Below are positions 12,875-26,454 of a DNA stretch of 64,000 bases, one piece after another. The DNA comes from Malacoraja senta. Taxonomy: Eukaryota. The DNA is taken from positions 8,558,001 through 8,622,000 of the forward strand of contig CM075989.1 of the NCBI GenBank assembly GCA_038087875.1, given 5' to 3'. The position numbers and the translations under genes were made by a program. The notes under the pieces are model-generated. The model saw nothing but the letters and a program-made list of their open reading frames with translations, did not search any database and was not told where the DNA came from. Every line of letters starts with the position of its first letter. The stretch's first letter is position 1.

Positions 12875-13210
12875 AGGGCCTGTCCCACTGTACGAGGTAA
12901 TTCAAGAGTTCTCCCGAGTTCTCTCCCGATTCGAGCTTGTGTAATGTACGTAGCGGGTACATAGCGGCTCGTACGAGTAAAAAGTAACCATTTTTTTCAT
13001 CACGAGTATTTTTTTACTCGTGGACATTTTTCGCAGTGTTCAAAAACACATCACGAGTTTACAGGATTTCCCGAGTACCTACCGTTACTCATACGAGCCG
13101 CTACGTGACATCCACGAACTCCTACGTACCCGCTACGTACATTACACGAGCTCGAATCAGGGGAGAACTCGGGAGAACTCTTGAATTACCCCGTACAGTG
13201 GGACAGGCCT
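12875..13210. mobile_element. Palindromic MITE, probably PIF/Harbinger type
   Basis: Near-perfect inverted arms of about 90 bp or more, starting AGGGCCTGTCCCACT and preceded by TAA. Confidence 0.8.
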
Positions 13211-13308
13211 GCTAGAGTTCTTCAAAAAAGTCTTACTGATTGCAAAACATTGTTTGGTGTTTTGGTGTCCGAGCAATATTTGCCGGTTGCTGTTTCGGAG
13301 CAACTTAC

Positions 13309-13462
13309 CAAAGTTGACAACATGTGCAGCAGCATGAACGATACCCAGTCCACAGATAGCAAATCCCACCAGCTGGTGCAGGAGCACGTGCTGGTCCAGA
13401 GGCAGCACCTTCACCACCCAGGTGGCTCTTAACCAGGTCAGACATCGGCGCAGCATCAGGAC
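13309..13462 (-). CDS. NOX5: NOX5 coding exon 5 (TM3, haem-ligating His pair)
   Basis: Translates VLMLRRCLTWLRATWVVKVLPLDQHVLLHQLVGFAICGLGIVHAAAHVVNF. Acceptor tcttgaag, donor G|gtaagt; 154 nt, phase 0 to 1. Confidence 0.96.
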
Positions 13463-16400
13463 CTTCAAGATGGAAAACCTTCAAACTATAATGTCATCTT
13501 AAATCTTTAGCAAACATAGTAACAAAAACAGAAATCAGTTCACACAAGTTCGCTCCAAGTCCATCGCTTTTTTTTTATACTGCACACTTCACCGAATAGT
13601 GGAAGGCCTGGATAGAGTTGATGTGGAGAGGATGCTTCCACTCGGGGGAGAGTCCAGGACCAGAGGTCATAGTCTCAGAATTAAAGGACGTTCCTTTAGG
13701 AAGGAGATGAGGAAGAATTTATTTCGTCAGAGGGTGGTGATACTGTGGAATTCATTGCCACAGAAGGTTGTGGAGGCTGTCGATGGATAATTTTAAGGCA
13801 GAGATAGATAGGTTCTTGCTTAGTACGGGTGTCAGGGGCTATGGGGAGAAGGCAAGAGAATGGGGTTGAGAGGGAAAGATAGATCAGCCATGATTGAATG
13901 GCGGAGTATGACTTGATGGGCCGAATGGCCTAATTTTGCTCCTTTCACTAATGAACTAATGAACTTATGCTTTTACTTCTCTTGGGTTCAGCTAAAATCA
14001 GTCATAAATGTAATATAGTTATAAATGAATCTGGGAATTGATAAGATCTTTACTGGGAGTGGTGGCACCTGCAATCACCAGGCTAGTTGTGCTGACTGGT
14101 ATTGTTGCAGGAACGAAAAACATGGTGACAGAGACGAGAGGGCATAACTTTAAGGTGAGAAGGGCAAGGTTTAAAGATGATGTGTGGGGCAAGTTTTTTT
14201 TACACAGAGAGTGGTGGGTGTTTGGAGTATGCTCTGATGGCTGGTGGTGAAGGCAGATATGATAGTGGCTATTCAAGAGGCCTTTGAATAGATACATGGA
14301 TATGCAGGGACTGGAGGAATAGGAATCATGTGTGCAGGCAGATGAGATTAGTATATCTTGGCCTCCTATTCGGTAAAGAATTTGAGGGCCAAAGGAACTG
14401 TTCCTGTGCTGTACAATGTTATGTTCTATGTTCTATAAATATATGATCTGATGGACAAAGAAACCAGTGGCCAATGGTCCATCTTCGGACTTTGAACAGT
14501 ATTGTGAATTTTCACCAGATTCAACATTTGGTGTCCTATATAGTCAGCGTATATTATTTTAATAAAGTATTTTACATTTCCAGCAGTCTGGATTGTGAAT
14601 AATGTTCAAAGCCAGCAGTCACAGCCATTCTCCAATGGTTCTCTTGAGTTGGCCGGGTGGGTCAGACGCTGCCCCATTGGAAGGGCAAATTCCTATCTAT
14701 ATTTGGTTTTACTCTTTGATGTTCCAGAGGTTCAAATGTGTTTTCAAAATAGTAAATTTCTTTAGCCTTGGAAACTGCCTTTCTTGAGCCACACCATTTC
14801 ATGTTCATTTCCCTTCTCATTTAGTTTAGTTTATAGATACAGCGCATAAACAGGCCCTTCGGCCCACCGAATCTGCACCAACCAGGAATCCCCACACATT
14901 AACATTATCCTTACATTTATACCGAACCCATTTAACCCACAAACCTGTACGTCTTTGGAGTGTGGGAGGAAACTGAAGATCTCGGAGAAAAGCTACGCAC
15001 GTCACAGGGAGAACGAACAATCTCCGTACAGACAACAGCCGTAGGTAGGATCAAACCCGGGTCTCTGGCGCTGTAAGGCGGCAACTCAACTCTACGCCGC
15101 AAATGTTCTCATATCATGAGAAAGTGTCATTTCACAGAATGAAATCACTTGGTCCATTGTGTGATATCCAATTAATGCTGCTCTCTTGCTGTTTCTCCAT
15201 AATCCTGTACATTGTGCCCCTTAAAGTGGTTTCTGAAAATTGCAGCTGATTTTCCCACTAACCTTTCATTGAGCATCGTACCAACTTCCTGTATCTAAAA
15301 AAAAACTTTATTTCTCCTCTGCTTTTATTGCCAATTAATTTTGTATTATTGTATATTTATTAGTCATGTTGTTGTGTTAATGTGCCTGTAAAAGGTGCTA
15401 CAAGTAAGAATGTCAGTGTTCCATTCCCAGTACATATGATAATTAAACACTCTTGACAATTACAGTAAGCTCCTTTAACCTGAGACACTCGGGACTTTTG
15501 GATGTTATCCTACAAAATACTTCTCATTCATTTTGATTTAGATGTTACATCGTCAAATATTTTTTTCAGTAAACCAAGTAAGTTTAAAGGAAACAGGATC
15601 CCAGTGAGTTTAACAGGAATACAGGAAACAGAACCAGGTGAGTTTCAAGCGAGCACAGGAACTGGGACCATGTGTGTTACGGGGAAACAAGGGCACTGAA
15701 GTCCCAATGAGACAGACAACAAAACATCAGGAGCTCTGGATGTGTAGGAAGGATTCTGCAGCTGCTGGTTTATACCAAAGGTAGATACAAAGTGCTGGAG
15801 CAACTCATCGGGTCAGGAAGCCTCTCTGGAGGAAAGGAACAGGTGATGTTTCAGGTCAGAACCTTTCTTCAGACTGGAGTTCTGAATAATCAGATGGTGG
15901 ATTTGTGAGTTTTACCTCCTTTTTAAACTACAAATTGTGACTCTCCCATCCTCCCATTCCAAGTGGAGATAAGAAGGTAAGTTGAGTCAATCACGGTTGT
16001 TATAGTTGGCTGAGACTGACTTTATGCACGTAATAATCATGCAACTATCCTTCACTCACTGCTCTCATTCTGGAGAATTAACCCTGTTTTTATGAGAAGA
16101 AATTGCTGCAGTTTCTGCTCTTCCAGTAGCCCTTGTTTTCTGATTAAATTGACTGTTTGTTGCAGAATAGACTACTTGTTGTGAGTTATGCACTCTGACC
16201 CTTCCCCACTTCACAGCCTGGCACAAAATTATCAAACTACAATATGTAATAAAAAGGAACTGCAGATGCTGGTTTATACCACTGATAGACACAAAATGCT
16301 GGAGTCACTCAGGGGGTCAGGCATCATCTCTGGAGAGAAGGGTCAGGACCCTTCTTCAGAATGATGATTGCTAAACTACACTTGGTCTCTTTAATCTGTG

Positions 16401-16494
16401 CCCTTTGCTTACCAACTCTCCTGCCGCAGAGAACAATAGAAATGCACCCTCAATCCTCCACAGCAGCAACATTGCAAATAACTAAATAGTTGTA

Positions 16495-16725
16495 TTGTTT
16501 CCTTCAATAAACTAGTTCACGGCACCCCTGCCATTGCGTACAGGACAACACTTTGTGTTTACATCCCGTAAACTATTTACTTTAGTTAGGTTTGTAAATG
16601 GGTGATAACTGATGATGTGTTACCATTAAGTAAATGAATAATATTCTTTGTTATGAAAACTGTGGTTTTACATTTACTTTTGATTATTTGTTAATAGAGT
16701 ACATTTTGAAATTAAAATAAGAGTT

Positions 16726-16774
<49 letters not shown>

Positions 16775-19316
16775 ATTTATTAGAAGTACATTACATCACA
16801 GCCACATACATTAATACTCGTCATTTATATCTTCTTACAATTAATGTACTCCCTTTATTTTTTTTTTACGCTAAAGAAAGAAAAGATTGAAAGAGAGAAG
16901 AAAGTGAAGGAAAAAGTGCAAGTGTAGAAAAGTGTAGAAAATGTAACAACAAAAAAAAAAAGGACGAGGACCCTATGAAAGCGAAATTAAAAACAAAAAA
17001 AAAAAGAGTTAAGAAATAGGCCCTAAGAAAAGAAAAGAGAGAGAGAAAAAAAAGAAAAACAAATGTTTTTTTTTTGAGCATCACGTAAATAGGACATACC
17101 AACTCTTCAACTATCATCCCCCCTTACCCGACCTCAATTTTTTATTTTTTTAAAGTACTTTTGCACCCTATGTTTGTAATAATTCTATAAATGCAGACCA
17201 CGTCAGGTGGAAGTGATCTGGTTTACCTGCTAGGAGGAGTCTTATCTCTTCAAGGTGTAGTGTTTCAAACATATTTGAAATCCACATATTTATAGTTGGT
17301 ATTGGAGCCTTCTTCCAAAATTTTAGAATTAGCTTTTTTCCAGTTATTAACCCATAATCCATTAATTTCTTTTGAAACACATTTAGTTCTGGATCATCTT
17401 CCGTTATTCCGAAGATAATCCATTCTGCTTTGGGTATCAGTCTTGTTTTAAATAACTTTGTAAAGATTTCAAAAATTTCATTCCAAAATTTTTGAATTTT
17501 TGTACAGAAGACAAATGAGTGCGCTATAGTTGCTTCTTGGGATTGACATTTATCACAAATAGATGATACGTTTGGGAAAATTTTATGAATTTTAGTTTTC
17601 GAATAATATAATCTATGTAAAATTTTAAATTGTATTAAAGTGTGTCTTACATTAATCGAGCATTTATGTACTTTTAATAAGTATTCATTCCAACTTTCCT
17701 TTGAAATTTTAATAGCTAACTCTTGTTCCCAGTCTCTTCTGATACCCTCCGTAGATGGTATTTGTACATTTAAGATAATATTGTACAAATATGATATTAA
17801 GTTTGCTGATTCCGCTTTTGTCTGCATTGCCTCGTCCAGTACATCTGCTGGGTTATTATGATGATCTTTTATATATTTTTTCAAATAGTCGCATATTTGA
17901 AAGTATTTAAAATATTGATTATTTCCGAGTTTATATTTTATTTGTAATTGTTGAAATGAAAGTAATTTTCCAGTTTCATACAAGTCACCAAGCGTTTTAA
18001 TTCCTAGTCTATCCCATTGTGTATAAGCTTTATCTATAATAGAAGGACTAAACGAAGGGTTATTGACTATAGGTAATAAAAGTGATAAGTTTCTTAATTT
18101 TAAATTTTGTTTTATTTGTTTCCAAATACGGATTGTACTATGAATAATTGGGTTCTTATTATAGTTTATGTTATTCAATTTCATTGGAGAGAGGAGGATC
18201 GCTCCAATGTTTCTAGAGGAGCAATCCTCTTTCTCCATTACAATCCAGTCTACTTGCTGGGCGGAGTTATCCATCAGTTGAATCATGTTTTTAATATTTA
18301 CTGACCAATAATAATACATAAAATTGGGTAGTGCTAGACCTCCCAATACTTTAGATTTATTCAGATGGGTTTTTTGTATTCTATGTGATTTATAGTCCCA
18401 TATAAAATTAGTGATATCTGAGTCGAGTTTTTTAAAAAACTTCTTAGGTAAGTATATAGGAATTGATTGAAATAGGTATAAAATTTGTGGTAAAAAGATC
18501 ATTTTTATTGCGTTTATTCGGCCTATTAAAGACATCGGAAGCGTTTTCCAGAATTTAATTAATGTATTCAGTTTATTAAGTAGGGGGTCAAAATTTGCCC
18601 TGAGCATACCTTGATATGCTCTGGTAATTTCGATTCCCAAATATTTAAATTTTTCTGTAGCTATTTTAAAAGGGAATTTTAAAAGATGTGTTGAATCTTT
18701 CGGTTTTATTGACATAATTTCACTTTTATTCCAATTTATTCTATATCCAGAAAAAGATCCGAAGTCTTCAATTAAATTTAATATATTTGGTATAGTGATT
18801 TGAGGTTTTGTAATATACAATAATATATCATCCGCGTATAAAGATATTTTATTATATGAGTCTTTAGTATTATATCCATGAATATCAGGGTGTATTCTAA
18901 TTTTTTCTGCTAGCGGTTCAATAATGAGAGCAAACAGCTGTGGTGATAATGAGCATCCTTGTCTATTTCCCCTTGATAGTTGAAATTTCGAGGATAATAT
19001 GTTATTAGTAAGTATTCTAGCTGTAGGTTTGTTATATAGTAACTTAATCCATAAAATAAAATTCTCTCCCAGTTGTTTCCTTCAATAAACTAGTTCACGG
19101 CACCCCTGCCATTGCGTACAGGACAACACTTTGTGTTTACATCCCGTAAACTATTTACTTTAGTTAGGTTTGTAAATGGGTGATAACTGATGATGTGTTA
19201 CCATTAAGTAAATGAATAATATTCTTTGTTATGAAAACTGTGGTTTTACATTTACTTTTGATTATTTGTTAATAGAGTACATTTTGAAATTAAAATAAGA
19301 GTTTTTTTTTTTTTTT
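16495..19316. repeat. ~231-bp direct duplication (16495-16725 = 19073-19303) flanking the L1
   Basis: The two copies read identical by eye at offset 2578. The right copy runs on into a T tract ending in TTTT/AA, an L1 endonuclease-type site. Confidence 0.93.
16727..19072 (-). mobile_element. 5'-truncated young L1-clade LINE (ORF2 RT C-terminal half, CCHC knuckle, 3'UTR, polyA)
   Basis: Frame is open from 19072 to 17168 and includes RGNRQGCSLSPQLF, YADD, FKYLG and CDKC...H....C. AATAAA is followed by about 40 A, and the element is flanked by a long direct duplication. Confidence 0.95.
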
Positions 19317-20056
19317 AAGCAGCATATTTGCTAGTACTTTGCTTCCAAACCTTGGTTCTTTTGCGGAAGTGAATTTAAATACCGGAGTTCAAGTGTGTCC
19401 TATATCATTGTCCATAAGGTTGGTCTCGTATACTGAAGGAAGATGTTCGTGCCATGGAGGGAAATGAGTTTATTAGACTGGTTTGCAGGGTGGCAAGACT
19501 GATGTACGAGCAGACATTGGGTTGATTAGGTCTGTATTCATTAAAGTTTAAAAGAATGAAAGGGGATCTGATATAAACGTATAAGACCGTACCAGTACTG
19601 GGCAGACTAGATACAAGGAGAATGCTCCTGATGATTGGGGAATCCAGAACCAAGCGCTACAGACACAGGGAATGCCGCTTAGAACTGAAATCAAGAGAAA
19701 CTTCTTCATCTGGAGAGTGGTGAACTTGTGAAATTCTCTACCACAGAAGACAGTGGAAGCCAAGTCACGAATAATATTCAAGTAATAAAAGGAATGAGGG
19801 AATTAAGGGGAGAGCACGAACCGTATTGAATTGAAGGATCATCCATGGTCATATTGAATGGTGGAATAGGCTTGAAGGGCTGAAAGGCCTTCTCCTGTTC
19901 CTATTTTCTGTGCTTTCAATTTGCACAGTTGTGTACCAATTTGAATGAGACTTTGAGCATCTAAGCCAACATGAAAATCCCCACAGTTTTTGTTTCCGCA
20001 ATGTAAAGTCACAGTGAAAAGCTTTACTTTGAATAGAAACACGTGCCATCACTCAC

Positions 20057-20294
20057 CACGATGAAGGTGCAATTGAAGTTAAGGCACTGACCACAGCCTT
20101 TTGCCAACATATACCATTCACTAAAGCTGCTGTGGTTCACTGCCGCAAATGCAAAAAGCAAGATGTTGACCAGAAGGTAGCAGCACATGAAGAGCAGCTT
20201 GCGGCTGTTATTGTGCCAGTAGGCTGGAGTCAGATAACGGGGGGGTTTTCTTGTGTATTTCTCCGCAATCGGTGGTTTTAACCAGTTGGCAGCG
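20057..20294 (-). CDS. NOX5: NOX5 coding exon 4 (polybasic region, TM1-TM2)
   Basis: Translates SAANWLKPP...YWHNNSRKLLF...AKGCGQCLNFNCTFIV. Acceptor ctcctctag, donor GTG|gtgagt; 238 nt, phase 2 to 0. Confidence 0.96.
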
Positions 20295-22239
20295 CTAGAG
20301 GAGATTGAACATATCACCAAGTTAGCTTCTGTTAGGACGTACTCACTGGAGATATCCTCAAGGGTATTATTAATCAGCCATAATCATCATTGCATTCAAT
20401 ATCTCACAGAGGGTTCTGCTAATCCCAATTAAATCGCTCAATCCACCCTTTGTTCCTCTACTTTTCCCACTGCCAACTTATTTTTGCTTTTTTTTTTTAA
20501 TTCGTTTTTTAGGATGCAAGAGTCACGGGGAAAACCTGCATATATTGCCCAATATTAAACGGAGCAACAGTCCAAATGGTAGAAATCAATCTGCAATAAA
20601 ATTGAAAGTAGTCCCTTTAATATCACTGGTTTGAAAGAGTGGTCAGAGAGTCACAAGGCACAGAAACAGCCCCTTCGGCCCAACTACTCCATGCCAACCA
20701 GTGGTGCGCGGTGGGGATGGAGGGATGTGTCTCCTTGTCCCCAAGCATTCAGAACAATGCATGAGTAAGTAGTGCCACTGGCTGGAGCTCCAAATTGGCT
20801 GTGCTGGCATCATTTCAGCACTACAGACTGATCAAGGTCAGCCCATATTTACAATGGGCATCAACTCACCCAGACTAATCCCCAAGAATATCCCACTAGT
20901 GGTAAATCACTCAACAAATATGAATTCTTCCTCTAGAAACTAACCGCACACACTTCTATTGCTGGTCCACAACACATGTGCTTTGAACCACAAAATGCCC
21001 CAGTAACAAATACAGAATTGATACCTCCAGGTCTGCTCTTTAAATAGTTATTTTAATGTTAGGCGTGACACATAGGCTATCTGATTTGAAAATCAGTTTT
21101 TAAATGTCTGCATTTAAAACTTCACAATTTCAGGATCAAATATCAGTTTGGCCTGTCCCACTTGGGCGTCATTTGCGCGTAATTTGCGCGACATCATTTA
21201 CGTGTCACGACGCACGACGCGCGCATTGTGACGCACACGTGATGCATGCATTACGCGCACATGGTGCGCGGTGCTGTAGGCAGTGACGCGCGGTCGCGCG
21301 CGGCGCCCCAGGATTTTGCGGTGTACAAAATCTTCGCGCGCCATCTGCGTGATGCGCAAATGACGCCCAAATGATGCCTTAACTCTACACGGCTCCACAT
21401 TAACCAACAAGAAGTCTCTGAATACACATAAGAGTGCAGGCCCTTCCTGTCAAAGACGTTTAAATATAATTAACTGTCAAAGTCAAACATAGCCTCTGGT
21501 TTACATTTAATTAATCAACCTATAGCAGAAGGCAATTAGAGATTGTGTATTCAAGGAGCAGCATGAAGCTCCTTAGCAAATTGCAATCAATCCTTCCTCC
21601 TTTCTGGTTTAATATGATGGTGAGGTTGGAGCACGATTCTGGTGGAACTGAGAGTGGATGCAATGAATTTACTACAAAAGGACAGAGTCAGTCGAGAAGG
21701 TAGCTGGCACAGCGGTACAGTTGCTGCTTTACAGCGCCAGAGACCCAGGTTCAATCCTGACTACAGCTTCTGTCTGTAGGGAGTTTGTAAGTTCTCCCCG
21801 TGACCTGCGTGGGTTTTCTCCGGGATCTCCGGTTTCCTCCCGCACTCCAAAGACATACAGGTTTGTAGGCTAATTGGCTTGGTAAAATTGTAAACTGTCT
21901 CTCGTGTGTGTAGGATAGCGTTAGTGTGCGGGAATCGCTGCTCGGCCTGAACTCGGTGGGCCGAAGACCCTGTTTCCATGGTGTATGTCTCAATTAAACT
22001 AAAGGGTCTGAGATGCAAGCCCAGTGCAGAGACAGGGATTCTCACGGAACTGTCACTTACAATGTGCTTGTTGTTCTTGTACTCAGGAGAGGAATAATTG
22101 ATCAATATTCCTGTGTCTGTGACCCTATGTGGGAATGATCTGGGGTTTGCTGCGTGACTTTCGGATATATAAGGAAACTGGAGCTTCTGGAGAAAACCTA
22201 CACAATGACAGGAGAATGTGCAGACTCCATTCAGAGTCC

Positions 22240-24153
22240 AGCAGAGGAGGACAAAGGGTTTAATTAGGAAAGGGAAAATAGATTATGAAAGAAAACTGGC
22301 AGGGAACATAAAAACGGACTGCAAAAGTTTTTATAGATATGTCAAGAGAAAAAGATTAGTCAAAACAAATGTAGGTCCCTTGCAGTTAGAAACAGGTGAA
22401 TTGATCATGGGGAACAAGGACATGGCAGACCAATTGAATAACTACTTTGGTTCTGTCTTCACTAAGGAAGACTTAATTAATCTGCCGGAAATAGCAGGGG
22501 ACCGGGGGTCAAATGAGATGGAGGAACTGAGTGAAATCCAGGTTAGCCAGGAAGTGGTGTTAGGTAAATTGAATGGATTAAACGCCGATAAATCCCCAGG
22601 GCCAGATAGGCTGCATCCCAGAGTACTTAAGGAAGTAGCCCCAGAAATAGTGGATGCATTCGTGATAATTTTTCAAAACTCTTTAGATTCTGGAGAAGTT
22701 CCTGATGATTGGAGGGTAGCTAATGTAACCCCACTTTTTAAAAAGGGAGGGAGAGAGAAAACGTGGAATTACAGACCAGTTAGTCTAACATCGGTAGTGG
22801 GGAAACTGCTAGAGTCAGTTATTAAAGATGGGATAGCAACACATTTGGAAAATGGTGAAATCATTGGACAAAGTCAGCATGGATTTATGAAAGGTAAATC
22901 ATGTCTGACGAATCTTATAGAATTTTTCGAGGATGTAACTAGTAGAGTAGATAAGGGAGAACCAGTGGATGTGTTATATCTGGACTTTCAGAAAGCTTTC
23001 GACAAGGTCCCACATAAGAGATTAATATAGTATAATTCAGTATTGATGTGGATATAGAACTGGCTGGCAGACAGGAAGCAAAGAGTAGGAGTAAACGGGT
23101 CCTTTTCAGAATGGCAGGCAGTGACTAGTGGGGTACCGCAAGGCTCAGTGTTGGGACCTCAGCTATTTACAATATATATTAATGATTTGGACGAGGGAAT
23201 TGAATGCAACATCTCCAAGTTTGCGGATGACACGAAGCTGGGGGGCAGTGTTAGCTGTGAGGAGGGTGCTAGGAGGCTGCAAGATGACTTGGATAGGCTG
23301 GGTGAGTGGGCAAATGTATGGCAGATGCAGTATAATGTGGATAAATGTGAGGTTATCCACTTTGGTGGCAAAAACAGGAAAGTAGACTATTACCTGAATG
23401 GTGGCCGATTAGGAAAAGGGGAGATGCAACGAGACCTGGGTGTCATGGTACACCAGTCATTGAAAGTGGGCATGCAGGTGCAGCAGGCAGTGAAGAAAGC
23501 GAATGCTATGTTAGTATTCATAGCAAAAGGATTTGAGTATAGGAGCAGGGAGGTTCTACTGCAGTTGTACAGGGTCTTGGTGAGACCACACCTGGAGTAT
23601 TGTGTACAATTTTGGTCTCCTAATCTGAGGAAGGACATTCTTGCCATAGAGGGAGCACAGAGAAGGTTCACCAGACTGATTCCTGGGATGTCAGGACTTT
23701 CATATGAGGAAAGACTGGATAGACTCGGCTTGTACTCGCTGGAATTTAGAAGACTGAGGGGGGATCTTATAGAAACTTACAAAATTCTTAAGGGGTTGGA
23801 CAGGCTAGATGCAGGAAGATTGTTCCCAATGTTGGGGGAGTCCAGAACAAGGGGTCACAGTTTAAGGATAAAGGGGAAATCTTTTAGGACTGAGATGAGA
23901 AGAACATTTTTTACACAGAGAGTGGTGAATCTCTGGAATTCTCTGCCACAGAATGTAGTTGGGGCCAGTTCATTGGCTATATTTAAGAGGAAGTTAGATG
24001 TGGCCCTTGTGGCTAAAGGGATCAGGGGGTATGGAGAGAAGGCAGGTACGGGATACTGAGTTGGTTGATCAGCCATGATCATATTGAATGGCGGTGCAGG
24101 CTCGAAGGGCCGAATGGCCTACTCCTGCACCTATTTTCTATGTTTCTATGTTT
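22240..24153 (+). mobile_element. 5'-truncated CR1 LINE (RT ORF2, disrupted near 23030)
   Basis: Motifs KSPGPD, NYRPVSLTS, YLDFQKAFDKV, GVPQGSVLGP, FADD and RTRGH; 3' tail (tttctatg)n. Confidence 0.95.
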
Positions 24154-25057
24154 CCATAAGACAACACTGGAAATCAGGATTGAACCCTCGTTTTGGAGTA
24201 GGAGATTGTTGCACTACCTGTAGTTTCACTACACTGATCATAATGCAATTGAAAAAAATGGTGCTCAGTATCCACAAACAAATGTCACCAGGATAGATGA
24301 TCATCTGCCTCTTACTATTTGTGGCAAAATCTGAACCCTGTGTTAGTCACAGTGTGGGTTTCCATATTTCCTTATGACATAGGGTACTATTTTGGGGTAT
24401 TGAGTCTTAGCCAACTGAGTGAGCAATCCCACTCCTCACTAGTTTTCCCCATCACAAATTCTCTTCACATTGGCATCAACTCTCTCTCCCCAACTACACG
24501 TTCGAGGAAATTTACAACTGCCAATTAATCTGCAAACTCATTGTCTTTGAGATTTGGGAGGAAACTGGAGCACTCTAGTTCAATTCAGACGGTCACAGGG
24601 ACAACGTGCAAACTTCACGCCAAGAGCACCCAAGGTCAGGATTATCCCCAGGTCAGGGGTTCAGACGTTCAATGGCTCTTTATTTTCACGTATGCACAGC
24701 ACCGTGAAATTCTTTTGCACAACCACAAATGCACAGTTGCCATATTTTGGCACCATTTGCAAAGGAAAAGAAACAGTCAAAAGTCCAACCTCCTGTCCAC
24801 ATGTTTGAAGTACAGGACGCCCCCTATCCATGTAAGCCCAGGTAGGCCCCAGGCTGCTAAAGGGCCGCGGTTAGGGGTTGGATGCAAGTTTAAGTTCCTT
24901 CTTTTCTCCCCAATAATGAACAAAACATGAAGCCAAACCAATCAACTTGATCTGTTGCTTTTATCAAATGTATCAAGCGAAATGAAAAATGTTGTTCCAG
25001 TCAATTTTGTCACAGCCAAGAGCGGGCTAAGAACTGGATTCGTTTCAAACCGATTAC

Positions 25058-25268
25058 CTGATTGTTAAGTTCTCCATTACTTCTGGAAAGTTTTCTAGCT
25101 CCTCCTTAAGCTCCTCAAATGTAATGGTGCCACTGTTGTCTTTATCAGCAGATTCAAAGAGCACCAGAGTGAGGTCATCCAACTTCTCCTCCGGCAACGA
25201 TATGGCACTTTCCCGCAAGCAGGATTTGAGGACCGTGCGCAGCTCATCAGGGTCAATGGAGCCGCTGC
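25058..25268 (-). CDS. NOX5: NOX5 coding exon 3 (EF-hands 3-4)
   Basis: Translates GSGSIDPDELRTVLKSCLRESAISLPEEKLDDLTLVLFESADKDNSGTITFEELKEELENFPEVMENLTI. Acceptor aaccacag, donor AG|gtaatc; 211 nt, phase 1 to 2. Confidence 0.96.
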
Positions 25269-26146
25269 CTGTGGTTAGATTCAATGTCAACACTGGTAAA
25301 CTGTGGCTATCTTGATTAGAACAGAGAGTTGCAGCATGGCTTAACATGGATGGTAAGAAAGAGAGACCAAAGGGTTCAATTGCTGTCAGGCGTTAACTAG
25401 AGAAAATAATGTCTTTCTTATTTTCAAATCCTTCGATGGCCTCCAACGTGCGTCTTATTTGTGACCTCCTCCAACCTCCAAGGGCACGCCGCACCTCCAA
25501 TTAGAGTCATACAGCATGGAAACAGGCCCTTCAGCCCAACATGCCAACCAAGATGCCCCATCTACACTAGTTCCACCTGCCTGCGTTTGGCCCATGTTCC
25601 TCTAAACCTTCCCTCTCCATGTACCTGTCCAATCCTCGCAATCACTTTCCAGAAATAACTTTGCTGCACTTCTGACCATTGTGACAAAATATTCCTGGGC
25701 CCTTAGATCTGAAACTATTTCTCCAAATCTTTCCTTAAAAACTTATATTTTTCCGATTAAGTGTTTGTTGTAACAGCTCTTTGGATAGTTCAGTGTCACA
25801 TTTCAATTGATTCCACTTCTGTGCGTTTGATCCAAATTGTAAACGATTTAGAACAGAAAAGCAGAAGGGAGTGCACTATTGGAGGTTCTGATCAAAGCCG
25901 AAATCATGCCAATATTGTGGAATATATTACATACAAGAGTTATAAAAAGATAGAGAAGAAGGGAGGTGCATGAGATGAAGACTGGTGCTAGTAAATGAAT
26001 TGCTGGGTCAAATGCTGTGCTGTAACCTTGTACTTTCCACATGATTTTAGAAAAAAACAAGTAAGATTATGGGGAGAAATTCATCTTTATTCATCAGCAT
26101 CCAAGGTGAGTGTAGCAATTGGCAGCTGATGATACGCCTGATGTAG

Positions 26147-26454
26147 GGTCGGCATGGTGGCGCAGCGCTAGAGTTGCTGCCTTACAGCACCAGAGAACCG
26201 GGTTCGATCCTGGACTACGGATATTGTCTGTACGGAGTTTGTACGTTCTCCCCGTGACCTGCATGGGTTTTCGCCAAGATCTTCGGTTTCCTCCCACACT
26301 CCAAAGACGTACAGGTTTGTAGGTTAATTGGCTTGGTATAAATGTAAATTGTCCCTAGTATGTGCAGGGTAGTGTTACTGTGTGGGGATCGCTGATCGGT
26401 GCGGACTTGGTGGGCCGAAGGGCCTGTTTCCGAGCTATATCTCTGAACTAAACT
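26147..26454 (+). mobile_element. tRNA-derived V-SINE (HE1-like), near full length
   Basis: Head ggcatggtggcgcagcg...ggttcgatcc; body matches the 6023 copy. Confidence 0.85.
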
